64,000 nucleotides of DNA from the human T2T-CHM13v2.0 reference genome, Homo sapiens, in the NCBI RefSeq assembly GCF_009914755.1, contig NC_060925.1, one strand, 5' to 3'. How positions within the stretch are numbered: position 1 is the first letter of the stretch; the number at the start of each line of letters is the position of its first letter. The notes beneath the pieces are model-generated. The model saw nothing but the letters and a program-made list of their open reading frames with translations. It was not told the origin of the DNA and searched no databases. Made by a program: the position numbers and the translations under genes. Below, piece by piece: positions 28,875 through 46,057 of this stretch.

Positions 28875-29180
28875 GGCCAGGCGCAGTCAGTCACTCACGC
28901 TTGTAATCTCAGCATTTTGGGAGGCTGAGATGGGTGGACAACCTGAGGTCAGGAGTTCAAGACACACCTGAGCAACATGGCAAAACCCTGTCTCTACTAA
29001 AAATACAAAATTAGCCAGGCGTGGTGGCGCATACCTGTAATCCCAGCTACTTGGAAGGCTGAGGCAGGAGAATCACCTGAACATGCAAGGCAGGGGTTGC
29101 AGTGAGCCAAAGATCGTGCCACTGCACTCCAGCCTGGGCTATGGACTCCAACTCAAAAATAATAATAATAAAAATAAAAT
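28875..29180 (+). mobile_element. AluS full length
   Basis: TSD aaagtagtt(a/g)aagtttt. Confidence 0.92.
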
Positions 29181-29867
29181 AAAGTAGTTGAAGTTTTGTG
29201 GTTATTATAAGAATAAATTCTCACCATCTAGAAAATGGTTAACCCAAAATGATTAATCCCTAATGGTTCAAAAGGGCCAAGAATTTATTGTAACTTGCAT
29301 CCACATCTGGGAAAAAAAAAATTCATTCCTTAACTCTAGAGAAACACTTTTAAATATAAAATGTGACAACATGACTACAAATTCTTTCAGTTGGGGCTTT
29401 CACTGGGACTTATCCAGTTATTATTCTGATAATTATCAGAAATGAAAAATAAAACAAAGATGATTTATCTTGACCAATCAAATATTTTAGGGACCAAAAA
29501 AAATAAGCAAAAGAAGTCAACAATTATTTCAAATTTCCCATGGTTAGAATAAAAAAACTGGCCTCCTTTCAGAGTCCTCTGCTCTATCAGAGAAACTGGG
29601 GATGGAAAGGGAACCTCAGAGCTGTGATGTTACATTCAAACTCCCACAAACGGCCTACATTTTGAAAATGAAGAAACCAAAGCTCAGCACATGACATGAC
29701 TAAACCTGGGTCTCAAAGTCAACTACTATCAGATTTTCAACATGAATCCAGGTACTTGACTCTCTAAGTTTAGTGGAAATGTCTGAATCTAAAGACCAAA
29801 GGAAAAGCCTGAGGTCAGGCCAGTGTCCCCTGGGACTTTCCAGTGTTCTCTAGGAGAAGCAGGGAAG

Positions 29868-30897
29868 ATTAGGCAGGTGTGGTTTACACTACAGATCCCC
29901 AGAGAAAGCCCTAGAGAAAGCCCTACCGACTGGAGCCCAGTCGGCCTGGAGCGACTGTGTCAGCTTGGTTGTTCCTGACAAATACAAGAACGATCCAGAA
30001 TTATATAAAAATCCAAAGAGAGAGAAACTACTCCTGGATGAACATAATAACAATATGCAAAGATAAATTACCAAATTAGAGGAAAAGATGATGTCTTATG
30101 AGAAACATTTACATTTGAATGATGAAATTCGATATATCTTGGATGGAAGTAGGTATTTTGACATAAAAGATATAGAGGACACATGGATCTGAATTGCCAG
30201 GGAGAAAAAGATATACATATACTTCGTGTGGGAATTTATCATCATTTCACTCTGGATGAAAAGTACTATGCAGAGACAATCTGGCCCTTTGCTAGATAAC
30301 CGGTATGAACCACTTTGATACTCAAGGACAATACATGACACTTTTGGCACAGGCAGCATAGTGGGGCTCTCTAAAGGACTAATACACTATTTGTAAAGGT
30401 AATAAACATGATAACTGATCAGAAAATCATTTTATTTTTGTTTTTATATCGCAGACTTGATGCTAGGTTATCTTTCCTTTGCAAGATTATTTCATCAGAA
30501 TATTTTTAAAGGAACAATAAAACTGATCTTACATGGAAAAAACTGAAAATGTGTACAAATCTCTAATTAAATCAAGAGTAGTGGTCTGGCATCCCTATGT
30601 TAGTTCAAGTATTCAACATTAACTCAAATGTAACAATTTAGCATGTTCTATCTGGACAATATTCTTAGACTTCAAGCCAAACATCAGCAAATGCCATGCC
30701 TGCCTTAGCAAAAGGTGTAATCGTAGATAACATAATTAACCAAATATAAGATACTTTTTTCTCCTAAAATTATATTTTAAGGTGGGAAGTAGAACGAGGG
30801 AAGAACCTCTCATATTACAGGGCACACTCTCAGTTGCTTACACCACTTTCCTGTTCTAAATAAAGTAACTGTCTTAATTTTTTTAAAAAAAGAAAAA
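29868..30897 (+). pseudogene. Processed pseudogene of ADI1 (acireductone dioxygenase 1)
   Basis: Degenerate intronless match: [64 protein letters not shown] (cupin metal motif, ~30100-30192), GIYHHFTLDEK; terminal TAG 30359-30361. Frameshifts and deletions; AATAAA 30859 and A-rich tail 30885-30897. Confidence 0.9.
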
Positions 30898-31439
30898 GGC
30901 CAAATGAATTGCATCATGTGAAAAGTACAGCATTACATTTGCTGTCTATATTTAATCATTAAGGAAATTAAATACTATATTTAATCCATGTCAAGATAAA
31001 TAATTAAAACAGGCCCATTTTTATTATTTACAATTAGGCCCTATTTGGCTAATGGGAAATAACTCAAAAGTCAGAGAAGTTATTTCTTTAGTTTTCCTAA
31101 TTCTTCCAAAAGACAATAACTAAACTTTATTATATCAAATTTTGACTATGGTTATAGTTCCTCAGGAATACCTGGGCTCTCCTAATTAGTAGCACTATAA
31201 AGATTACTTCCCATATAATGGTTCAGAATTGATACCTATTACCTCATCAGATGACCATAACACCCTGATTGGTGGTCAGGTGTGAATCCCCAGAAGAAAC
31301 CAAGTCTAAGAAGAGGTTAGACCACCTCTTCAATGTCTCACTGGCATCAACTGCCTGAAAACAGTCCAGGGATAGGACCTTGTGACTCTAATGCCCTTTT
31401 TATAGAGTTTTAGTGTAAATTTTCGAATGTGTTAAAAAA

Positions 31440-32830
<1,391 letters not shown>

Positions 32831-33663
32831 AGTCTTCAATAAATAGGAATAATTTTGTAAAAAGTTATGAAATTAAAAAAACAGAACAAAAACTTCCAAG
32901 GAAGGGAGGCAGCAGCCAATACTGCTTTAATGCACAGAGCAACTGATTCTCCCCCGAGAAGCACTTGGCACCTTGGGCTCACAACACACTCAGCCATTCC
33001 ATCCTCAGGTCCTGAGACGGGAACAGGAGCACATCGGGATGGGCAGAACCCCTAGTCGCATATCACACTACAATCTCAAACCCTGGCACCTGCTTGGAAA
33101 GCACTCCAACAGTCCACTAGCCCTTACGAAACACAAGAAGGAATCGCCTGCACTTGCCAGTTCTCTCCATGTTAACAAGATGGCAGTTCAAAAGAAGGTA
33201 TACAGCAAGGGGTGAGAGGTGTCTGCAATGCACAAAAATATGTAAATTTCAAGGCATGGAAAAAGGTACTAACCCCATGGGGAGCAATTGAGAATATTAA
33301 TAAAAATTATTAATGCAATTATCTTTTAACCCAGCAATTCCACTTCTGGGAATTTATCTGACCTTCTACATACAAAGTTACACAAATAGCACTATTTATA
33401 ACAGCAAAAGTGCAGAAGCAAACAAAATGTCCCTTACATGGGGACTGGTTAAATAAGTCATGGTCTATTCACACGAGAAAATACTTGATGTACTAATAAG
33501 GAAAGAGAGGAGGATATATGGTAAAATGAAAAAAGCAAAGGGTGGAATAGTATATAGTATATATTTACCTTATGTACAATAAAAAAAAGAATACGAATAT
33601 ATACTTACATTAATAGGTCCTAGAGATGAGAAGAGCACTTAAGGAAACAGGGAACGAAGTTGA

Positions 33664-34031
<368 letters not shown>

Positions 34032-34719
34032 CTGGTTTGCTTTCTGAACCATGTCAATACAGTACCTATGCCAAACAAAATATCAATAACAATAATAAAA
34101 AAATAAGAAAATGTAAAGTTTAAAAATGCTTGCCAAGAAAGCCTTGTTAAGAGGGAGATCTACCACCCACAGTAGGAGGAGCATCAGAGCTGAACAATAC
34201 AGAGATCCTCACACAGTGGTCGTCTTCTATTCCCCTGGAAGAATACAGGAGAGAGGAAACCACTTACTGACCACCTACCACTGGCTATGTGTTCTGCACA
34301 TGTTATCTCATTTAATAGTCTAATTAACCCTAGCAGGTATAACCAACCCCCTCTCTGCAAATAAGTAAATGGTGGCTGGCAAGGCTTTAGGTAACTTCCC
34401 CAAAGTCATAGGTCTATGATCGGACCTCATGCTCTTGTCTGCTAAAACTTGCAAAGGTACATATTTATGCATCATAGTAAAAATTAAAATCTTCTACGTC
34501 AGCCAGCTACCCACAATCATACTTACTTCCACAGTGTTCTCTAATGTTCTTTGTTTTCTAGATTTTGAGAAGGTGCTTGTTGAATAAAGCAAACATTTTG
34601 CTGTTCTGAATTTTCCACTTACTGGGCACCAAAAAGAGTTAATTACGGGCAGTTTTTAAGGAAAAAAAGATGAACATAGTTTCAAATGAGAGTTATCCAA
34701 AAAAGTGGCAGTTCACAAA

Positions 34720-35235
34720 ACAACTGAAAGCAGGGTCTCAACGAGATATTTGCAAACCCATGTTCATAGAAATATCATTCACAACAGTCAAAAGGTAGAA
34801 GCCACCCAAGCATCCAACAACATAGATGGATAAACAAAATGTTGTATATACATACAATGGAATATTATTCAGCCTTTAAAAGGAAGGAAATTCCATCATA
34901 TGCAAAAACATGGATAAACCTTGAGGACATTATGCTAAGTGAAACATGCTAGTGAAAAAGGACATTATGGACAATTCCACTTATAAGAAGTAGCCAGAGT
35001 AGTCAAATCCATAGATAGAAAAAGTAGAATGGTAGTTGGCAGGAGCTAGCAGGAAAAAGCAATGGGTAGTTATTATCTACTGGGTACAGAGTTTCAGTTT
35101 TGCAAGATGAAAAGAGTTCTGGAGATTAGATGTAAAACAACTTGAATGTACTTAACACTACTGAACTGTAAGCTTAAAAATGGCTCACATGGTAAATTTT
35201 ATGTTGTTTATTTTCCACAACTTAAAAAAAATTTT
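34720..35235 (+). mobile_element. L1MB-type 3' end
   Basis: gaaagcagggtctcaacgagatatttgc...gaggacattatgctaagtgaaa...gagtttcagttttgcaagatgaaaagagttctggaga. Confidence 0.8.
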
Positions 35236-38123
35236 TTAACTGCCAGTTCAAGATATTACAGCTGACATCTGTTTTTATCTCTCTAGAAACTTCTCATACC
35301 AGGTGATTCTGTTAACACTACAGATCACAGTGTCCCACCTGACCCCCATCCATGCCTGCACTGTCCACCTTCCAGACCAAGGGTGACACAAACACAAGTC
35401 TTTCAGGGAGATTTGATAAACAGACATCATCTTGGAGCAGCCAACTGTTCTCTATTCAAATCATGTGGATAAAACCTCATTGTGGCAGAACATAAGACCA
35501 ATGAACAGGAAGCAGAATAGCAGGATTCTTACTGAGAAGGGGAATGCCTTTATATCCTTGGAGTCCATGAACCATGGGTCCTCCCCCAACCCCCTTAAGA
35601 CATAGGCCAATAAATCCTTTTTTTTTTTTTAACTTAACCAAAAAAGAATACAGGTACCCAACAGAAAAGCAGTTTCACTGAACAACAGGTCCCTGAACAA
35701 GAATTTTTTCACCACAGATTGTTTTGGAACTTTATCTGCAGTATCATATAGCTCTACTAAAACAGTAGTACACAAGTCCAAAATTTAGGTAGTAGAATTT
35801 CAAATTTAACATAACATTTCCAGCTGGGCCAGAATACTCTTATACCTCTGAAGGGAACAATGAATTTTTCAATTTAAATCTATACTATATAATATAGAGA
35901 GGGAGAGATATACAATTCATAGAAAGTTTATACAGAAATAGATTTAGAAATACAAATGTTTCCAAATTACCTGAGGTATAACATAGAAGAGAATGCCTAA
36001 ATATTAGCCTGAAATTGAGGTTTTGGGTGAAACATTTGAACAATTAAATCCAAGAACAGGAGGGTAATACATAGAGATCCTTTATCTGTGCCTTATTTGA
36101 AGAACTGAGATCTTCGATGCAATGCTCCATTTACTATAGGTTGCCTTGGTTTGGTTCCCACTAATTATTGGCCAGGCTTAAATTTATTAAATCCAAATCT
36201 AATCAATGACTGTTTACTGACTGCCTAGGTATACTGACTCTCGTATGAACCAAGATACACAGACAGAGCAGCTCATATACTGAGCATAGTGCTAGGCTCT
36301 GCAGATTTTGTCTGACTTAATGCAAGCAAAGAGTGTATCTAAAAAGCTATCATGCTAGGTATTAATGTCAAACCAGTTTCATATCTAGAATCTGAAAGAC
36401 ACAGCATAAAGCTGAACAGAGGTGCCTGAGGCAAAATCTTAAATGTGAACTGTGTTCCCCAAGGAGTGTAGCTATAAGCTTGTCACAAGTTTTTGCAAAG
36501 ATAAACTAGCCTTGTTGATTTCGCAGATCTCACCAATAAAATAACTTTCAAACACAAGGAATACTATCCATGTGAAATCATTATAACCACTAATCAGCAT
36601 GAGATCCATGTTCTGAAATTGCTTTTGGGCTTCTCTCTTCATCATGAAAGATTAGCAGCCAGTAATTTAATCATAACAGGGGAAAAAAGAAGACTCTATT
36701 TTTTGTGGAAGGCTTTTCAACACTCACTGCAACACACCTGGTAAAAATAAAATGACAAAGCTTATCTCTCCCACAGGAGTATCTTCCAGCCATTTAACAT
36801 GGCTTCCACCTCACATCTCCAGAGTAAATCTTGAAATGTGGCAGCCCAGAATGTTAATGGTACTTGGAGGGAAATCTAACCCTTAGAAATACTGCTCAGA
36901 ATTCTTGCAGTCTCTAAGGCTGTATATTCACCAAGGAATCTACAGAACTTACTGTCCTAGAAGTAAGAGAGATCACAATATATTTAAGAAACAAAAACGG
37001 TCAGAAGGGCTGGAGTGCTGACTGCAAGAAAGGGAATGGAAGGAAAGGAAGGCTGTGACCATGAGAGGCTCTTCATACCATGCTAAGGAGTTTGGATAGA
37101 CTTAATCCTAACAGCAAAGGGCAGCTAGTGAAAGATTTTAAGCAAGGCAGTGATGTGTTCAGATTTGCATTATAGAATTGTTTATCCTGGCTTCACAGAA
37201 AATATCCCCACTAAGCAGAAAAACACCAGTCATCAAAGTAGAATACATTTCCCAACTAACAAAAAGTTAAGCAAAGGGCAATACATCACTGTCTTAGGGA
37301 AACCAGCAAACAGGTGATTTTAACCTGACTGATGTAAAAGTCAAAGCCCCGCCCCTACTCCTATTAGTCATGCAAAAATGTACTGCATTTACTAGGGTAT
37401 TTCATCAGCCTAGAAGTGACATAAAGTTTGTTTCCTTTATTATAACTCAGTTGTACAAAAATAAAAATAAAAATCCTCACTACAACTTCACATTCAAGTG
37501 CACATTGTGCACTTACAGAATATCATTTCCCAGTGAGAAAAGGCATCAAAAGCAAATAAATTATTTTCATGTCCTTTGAAGAAAACTGTATCTGCCTTTA
37601 TGATAAGGAATTATAATGGTCCGTATTTGACATGTTACTTGCCAGTGGGTTGCCTGTACAACAGTCAGGAAATCAGCAGCTTCCTGCCAATGTTTAAGGC
37701 CATTTGTGACTTAAGTTTCTGTTTAATTTTCCAGAATTACATACTAAAGGTCATAAAATTGGTTATAACCTTTGACACAGTAAATCTATGCATTCATCCT
37801 AATAAAGCAATTAGCAGCAGAAAAATGCTAATTGTGTGTTTTTAAAGGTTCCCTACAATATTCTGTAAAAACAGAAATAGCTTATTCTATCATAGATTAC
37901 TTAAGAAAAATAAAATAAATTAACACAACTAAATACTACATTCAAAAATGATTATTACAAAGACTCTATTAAAATAGAATAAAAAAGTTTAAGAAGACAG
38001 GTATATGTATCCAGCAATTAAAATTACATAATACAGTACATATTTATACATTATCGATAAAGACTAGAAAAGAATAAGTAAAAACATAACAGCTTCGTGT
38101 AGGAGTAAAAAATGTCAACATTA

Positions 38124-38416
38124 GGCCGGGCGCAGTGGCTTACACCTGCAATCCCAGCACTTTGGCGGGCCAAGGCGGGCGGATCACAAGGTCAGGAGAT
38201 CGAGACCATCCTGGCCAACATGGTGAAACCCCGTCTCTACTAAAGATACAAAAATTAGCCTGGTGTGGTGGCGGGCGCCTGTAGTCCCAGCTACTCTGGA
38301 GGCTGAGGCAGCAGAATCACTTCAACCCGGAGGCAGAGGTTGCAGTGAGCCGAGATCATGCCACTGCACTCCAGCCCGGGAGACAGAGCAAGACTCTGTC
38401 TCAAAAAAAAAAAAAA
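38124..38416 (+). mobile_element. AluSc-like
   Basis: TSD gtcaacatta. Confidence 0.93.
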
Positions 38417-39595
38417 GTCAACATTAAAGAAAGCATTCTTCTTAAATGCTTACAGAATTATTATTACAATTTAAAAAACTAGAACAAAGTTTTATCATTC
38501 TTAGGAACAAACCAATCGTAGGCTGATTAGTTTGAACAAACATCCACACAAGTTCAGTGCTAGCCATCCGGCCAGCCCTTGGACTGAGCACCTAGAACAT
38601 CTCACTCACCAAGTAACTTGATCTCTCTTCTCTCATAAGACACTGCCCTTCAGAATCCCCACGGTAAGGGGTGGACCCTAGACAATCCTAATTTCTCTTA
38701 AATAACCTCTAAATCTTCTACCCATAGATATATCTCAACCTCCTGAGAAGTATTTGAACAAATGAGTATTTTATTTCCTAAATTCTCTATGTGACTACCT
38801 TCTGTACCATTTTATCGCTCAGTAACAAATCCAGCATGATGATGGATTAAAAAACAATCCCTAAAGTGGTGGCCCAGACAGGTCTTAGGCAAGTCACTTA
38901 AACACTCTGATTCCTTTATTTCTCCACTGTAAAATCAGAAGGAGGTATTCTCAGGTGACTTCAATTTCTTACACCTCTTAAAAGTATTACAAGATTTTAT
39001 GATCATTGTGTGCTAATAACCCTTAAACAGTATTTACTAGACAATGGCTATAAACTCAGAACCAAATATTCAGGTTCATGGTGGGCCTGTTCTCCATGAC
39101 TTCTTAAAACCATTAGAACTATCAATTCTAACCTGAGAAAAGTAAACAAAACTCCAAGCCAAGAAGAAATTCGTTTGACTGCTTTGCTTTCTTCCAATAT
39201 TCAAAGCAATATGTATTCTCATAAGTGTCTGGCTCCCAAATACCTTTCAGAGTCTCAATTCGACCTAGCATAAGCAGTATTTTCATCAGATTGGCAACTG
39301 TGTGGCAATATTCCTCTTTCAGTGTTGCCTGATCCTTCCTTACTCCACTGATTTTTTTAAATTGAAATATATCAAGCATACAGAAAAGTATAAAGAACCA
39401 TTGATCTTTAAAGAGGACTAAATAAGTCTCTTCGCAGGGTTCCTACTACGTGCCAAACACAATGGCAGTGGTTCAGTGTACAAAGGTCAGCAACAGTGAG
39501 GACAATTAACCAAGGAAGTGCAATAATGTATACATTCCAGAATATGTCGCTTCAGGCATGACACAGAAGCCCTTAAAGCATACCAATGCAGGTAA

Positions 39596-39949
<354 letters not shown>

Positions 39950-40849
39950 ACAAGTTCTGCCTTTTAAAGAATTCATTCCCAGTTGGTTGTTTGAAACTTG
40001 GCGCACATTTCCCCCAGACACACTGCAGTAAATGTGGTTAAGTTTCCAAGCCAACACACAAAAGGCCAATTTAACACATAAAGTATCTGAAACGCTATAC
40101 ATTTGCCCTGCCAAAATAGCAGGAAACATTACTGCAGCCAAAAAGAACCATAAGTGATTTTGCCATCTCAAAAGCAGGAGTGTGAGGGAAAGCAGAGTGT
40201 AGGTTCATAAGGGGTGCAGATGGAGTCTTGAGGTGGTGCCTAGAGGCCTTATTAAGGCAAGTGAGCTTAGGGATTGTGAAACCAAGGGCCAGGTTGGTCT
40301 GGCTTTGATCAAATCTAGGTTCCTCCACTTAAAAGCCGGGTACCTTTAAACATCAACCATTCTAAGGCTCAGTTTATTGATCTGAATTTCTGGCATAAAC
40401 ATTCAATAAACAATTAGGCATTTTATATAGTTTTTTCATTTGCTTGAGACTGTATAGCTTTCATTTTCCTTGATATAGGAGTATCCTTAACACCTGGCTG
40501 GGTTTATGAGTCATTATTAGAAAATGTTCAGTTTCCACCCAAAACAAAAACACTTTTTCAAAGTGTCTAGGCAAGAAATGTATAGGGAAGGGATCAATGA
40601 GAATGTATTGCACACTAGAACAAGATAGCCTCAATTAAAATGAAGCAACTAACACGGGACCAAAGACAGAAGAAAAAGGAGTCTTCCAGTAACAGAAGAT
40701 AAGAAAGAGATACTAGGGAACTTCCAGATAACTTATGGGGCTGTTTACACAGGGAGGAAAAGAGAAGAGGAACAGTAAATAATAGTGGTAAACTCCAATA
40801 GGGTATTGGTACAAATACAGACAAACACACACATACATAAACACACATT

Positions 40850-41035
40850 CTCATTTAATTTTCACAATCCCATAAGGTAGGAGCCATTATTATCCTATTA
40901 TCCTTTTACAGATGAGGAAACTGAGGCACAAAGCGGTTGAATAACTTGCCCACGATCACTCAGCTATGACTGATCATAAGCCAGGATTCAAACATACAGA
41001 CTGGTCGCAGATTTGGGAGTCTAAACCACTATCTT
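40850..41035 (-). mobile_element. MIR
   Basis: ttttacagatgaggaaactgaggcaca...acttgcccacgatcactcagcta. Confidence 0.75.
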
Positions 41036-41655
41036 ATTACTGATGTTTCTGTAGTGGGAAGCCAACCATTTGCATAAGGAGGTTTCCTAAATCAGAGGTT
41101 CATAACTTGAATAATATTTACCTACAAAGTTACCACTTATAAAGGTGTAAACATTATGTAATCATTTACAGATTTTCTGGCAATATTCAGTATTTGGGGT
41201 AGCAGTGGGTAACTTTCGTTAAATGCTGCTGGATCCCAGGCACTGTCTGAAGCTATTTTGTAGGTTCTACCTCATTTAAGCTTCACAAAACTTCCTCTGT
41301 GACAGGTACTACACAGTCCATTTAAAATTGAGAAAAAAATAAGGCTCAATTATGAGCCCAAAGTCACAGAGCTAGTAAGTGGCAGAGGACAGCCTCACAT
41401 CGGCTCGTCCTGGTTCCAAGTCCAGCACGCTTTTCATAACACCACATCTGGTATGCTCAGACCCACACAGGTAAACACAGGACGTGTTATATAACAGTCA
41501 GGTAATATAAAGCAACAGTAAATCTCGTCTGACTTAAAATGTCAAAAACAGCAATACAACTTTTAAACTAAATATTTCACAAAAATATACCAAACTTTCT
41601 TTAGGACAGCTAAATGAACCCAACTGCCCTGCCCCAAAACCTAAAAAACAAAAAA

Positions 41656-41969
41656 TTTTTTTTTATTTTTTTGAGACAGAGTCTTGCTCTGTCCCCCAGG
41701 CCAGAGTGAAGTGGCATCATCTCAGCTCACTGCAACCTCTGCCTCCCAGGTTCATGCAATTCTCCCGCCTCAGCCTCCTGAGTAGCTGGGATTACAGGTG
41801 CGTGCTGCCACGCCCGGCTAATTTCTTTTTTTCTTTTTTTCGTATTTTTAGAAGAGATGGGGTTTCACTGTGTTGGCCAGGCTGGTCTTGAACTCCTGAC
41901 CTCAAGTGATCTGCCTGCCTTGGCCTCCCAATGTGCTGGGATTATAGGCATGAGCGACCGCACTCGGCC
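41656..41969 (-). mobile_element. AluS
   Basis: Antisense dimeric Alu. Confidence 0.92.
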
Positions 41970-43898
41970 TCAGGTCTTCTTTATATCTAACAATACCAAA
42001 TACTATATTGTATAGACACATCAAGGCACATCTCCAAGGACCTAAAACTGCTTCAAAAACATTAGGTTAGAAGAAACAAGTTTCCTAGGTTCTCATTTTA
42101 AATACCAATGTCAGGAGAGAAAGAGAAAGAAAAGGACAAGTGACAATCCAGGAGAAAAAGTCTCTTTGAAGAGTAGAAACATGTTTTGTTGTTGTTTTCA
42201 ATGCCAGAGAGCCTCAGATTTGAATTCTAGTTCTGCCATTTATTAGCTCTGCTCATCTGGAAAATGATGCCAATAAGATCCAAGTCTCTGGCTATTACAA
42301 AGATTAAATTAAATATCAAATGCAAAATACATAACCCAACAACTGACACAGTAAAAGCTAATAAATAGTCTCATGCCCGTGCCCACTCTCCTCCCCACGT
42401 GGGATGATGTGCTACAAATCCCACAGAGCTGGGAGGACATGACCTACCCCAAGCACACCTTAATCTTCAGACTACAAGATCCTTACAAGGTGCTTTGCTC
42501 GTTTTCCACCAAACCCACATCATGATTCCCATATTGTCCCAAAGCCTTTTTGCCTGTTTTATATAGGATAAGTATCTGTTTTATTATCTTGTTGTCACCA
42601 CAGGTTGGGGAAACCAAAGGGCAACTATTTATTATTTATATTTCTATTACCACTCTCCAAAAAAAGGAGAGTTGAGGCTACCTATATAAATATAAAAGAT
42701 ATATACAACAGAACCATCAATTAAAAGAAGGATTTAACACATGTGACAAGTAATCCGATGAGGAGACTGAGGCAGAGAGATTATTGTAAGAAAACTGGAT
42801 AGCAACTAAAAACAGGCAAATAACATATCTTTGAGCTTTCTAGCAAGGAAACATAATGAGTTACAGATCACATTTTTTCTTTTTCTTTTTCTCTTTATAT
42901 AAAAGAAAACACATCAATTTTTTTCTCTGAGGAGAGAGATCAATAACTTGCCCGAATTTATTTATCTAAGCCACTGGCAGAGCCAATGAGTCTTCCAAAA
43001 TACTTGATGATCCTTTACAAAACTGTACCACCTATACAAGAATCAAGGATGTAATTTGACCGAATTCCCTTCAGTAAAATGTTTCCACTTTGAATCTCCT
43101 GCAAATTTTGTACAATTTGAGCAAGTGTACACAGGATCTGTGTTTATTCAATAAACAGCCGTGTGCCTACTGGGAAAGGTGACATTACGAAGAAAGAGAT
43201 GGTTCCTGTCCTCAAGGGCCTCGTGACTGCATAGTGGAGGTGTGTCTGCAAAAGAACAGAAGCACAGACCAGAACACGACGTACTGGAACAGAGGATCAC
43301 ACACCACCAGGGGACTATGTGTATACACACCGCTTGTTGGGGTAGGGAGGGGCAGAGGAAGAGACCAGGAACATTTGAAGGGTCCTTGAAAGCTATGGAA
43401 TTCTGACAGATGGAAAGCATGAAGCACGGGAAAAGTGCATTAAATGAACAAGAACACAGAAAAGCATGGGAAACATTGAAAGCAAAATAATGAATAATCT
43501 ATTTTGGGACAGTGTAGAAGGAGAGAAATAGGAGAGTATGCTAGAAAGTTAAACTGAGGTTTTAGCATAAGGAACCTTTACTATCAGACTAAGGTGGAGT
43601 TTGGATTGTTTTCTATAGGCAATAGGGGCTTCTAAAGGCTTGTGATCAGTAGTCAGACACGGAAAGATAAATACAGCATGTGCTCACTTAAAGTGGGAGC
43701 TAAATAATGTCTGCACATGGACATAGAGTGCGCAATGATAGATCACCCAGGTAAAGAAAGCCAAAGGAAGGCTGCAGCAGTGGGGACAGTGAGTGGCAAA
43801 GGTGCTGAATACGAATACCAGGGAGGGAGCCCTGAAAGGGCCTAGGGAGGAGGTGGGGTGGGGCAAAAGCAAAGGGAGAGATCAGGGTTAGTCTAAGG

Positions 43899-44204
43899 CA
43901 GGGGGCAGCAGATCCTGGCCTGTGAGCCAAATCTGGCCTGCCGCTGCCCATTTTGAACGCCAATAAGCTGACGCATTTTTAAATGGTTGGAAAAAAAAGA
44001 AAAATATTTTGTTACAAGTGAAAATAGAAATGTCAGTGTCCATACATAAAGTTGTATTGGAGCACAGCCACACTCACTGGTTTACATACTGTCTATATCT
44101 ACATTGGTGCTACAATAGCAGATTCAGTACTTGTGACAGACTGTACTGTGCTCAAAGCTGAAAATGTTTACTGTCTTTCCCCTCACAAAGTTTTCAGACT
44201 GCTG
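43899..44204. mobile_element. MER58B-like hAT-Charlie
   Basis: cagggg...gccaaatctggcctgcc...aaagttgtattggagcacagccac...tgctacaatagcaga. Confidence 0.75.
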
Positions 44205-45523
44205 GCCTAGGGTTTTCAGGGTGGTGGATAGAGACGGTATTAACCAAAACAGAGAAATCATCCATTATTATGATGATGGGTCAGAAAGAAAGACGGTATC
44301 AATCTTGGAGCAGTTAAATGGGAGGTGTCAAAGGACACACAGCAAGGCAGCCCAGTGTGAAATGGAAAGCTCATCCCACTGAAGGGGCGTGGCACTGGCT
44401 ATCCCCTCTGCCTAGTACATTTTTCTTACAGATCATTGCACTGCCTGGCTTCTACTCATTACTCATCCTTCAGGGCTGAATTTAAATGTCACTTTCTCAG
44501 ACCAGGAGCCCTTCTCCCAACCCCCCAACCTAAGCATTCACTACCCATACCTTGCTAACTTTCTCTATTGCACTTATCACCACCTGAAATTATCTTGTTT
44601 ATCAATGTGTTTAACATCTTAGACTGTTGGCTACTTAAGGACAGGGACCTTTCCTCTCTTGTTCCCCAGTGTCCCCAGTGCCTTGAATAGTGTCTGAAAC
44701 TGTGCAACCAGTATTTGGGGGAGGTAAGGAGCAGCGAGGAAGGAAAATAAATAAAAAGGGACAACTGGAGCTCAGGCAAAAGTGGGTCATCTGCACAGTT
44801 TTCGCAACATATAAATCTACCATTCACAGAACCTTTAGAAACATCCTCATTGGGGGAGGAGGAGAAGTGAGAGAAAGAGACGATACTCAAAAAGAGAACA
44901 GAGACATACAGAGAAAGGAAGTCCTTACTGTGTCTCAGAAGCCAGGCACCAGTAGGGTTGAGGGACATCTGCCAGGAAGGAGGTTTTCAGCAGCATGAAC
45001 TGTTTTAGATAACTAGGGCAGAAAAAAGGTGTTAAAATGTGACAGCAAGAAGGTCACTGGTGACCTCAAGGAAGCAGTCTCATGAGTGTAGAGGTGGCAG
45101 TCAGTTTGCAAAGGGTTAAAGAATGAGTGGGTGGGAGGAAGTGAAGGTTTTCAAGGTATTTGGCAGCAGAATGCAGGGAAAGAGGAAAGAGAGGAGAGGT
45201 GCTCTAGGGGCAACAGTGAGTGGATGGGATCCTTCCGTTTTTTCATGGGACACAAATCTCATCATGTTACTACCCTGCTTAAAAACTTCAACTTCCCCTA
45301 ATGCATTATAAGGCCCAAAAGTAATAAAGCACATAAGGCCCTGCTTGACCAGGTTCCTTCCTGCCTCACCAGCCTCCACCTTTGTTCTCTCTGCACCAGC
45401 TGCAGGGTGTTGGTCCCACCATAGGTCTTTGGCACATATTCGTGCCTCTCACTGGAAATCCTCCTCATTCTCTTGGCACAGCTCTTTCACACTTCAGATT
45501 TCCATGTATAAAAGTGTACTGCA

Positions 45524-46057
<534 letters not shown>

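Noticed and set aside
39128-39379. 83-aa minus-strand ORF as a coding exon
   Set aside because: No recognisable homology to JAK1 or any family; upstream AG lacks a polypyrimidine tract.
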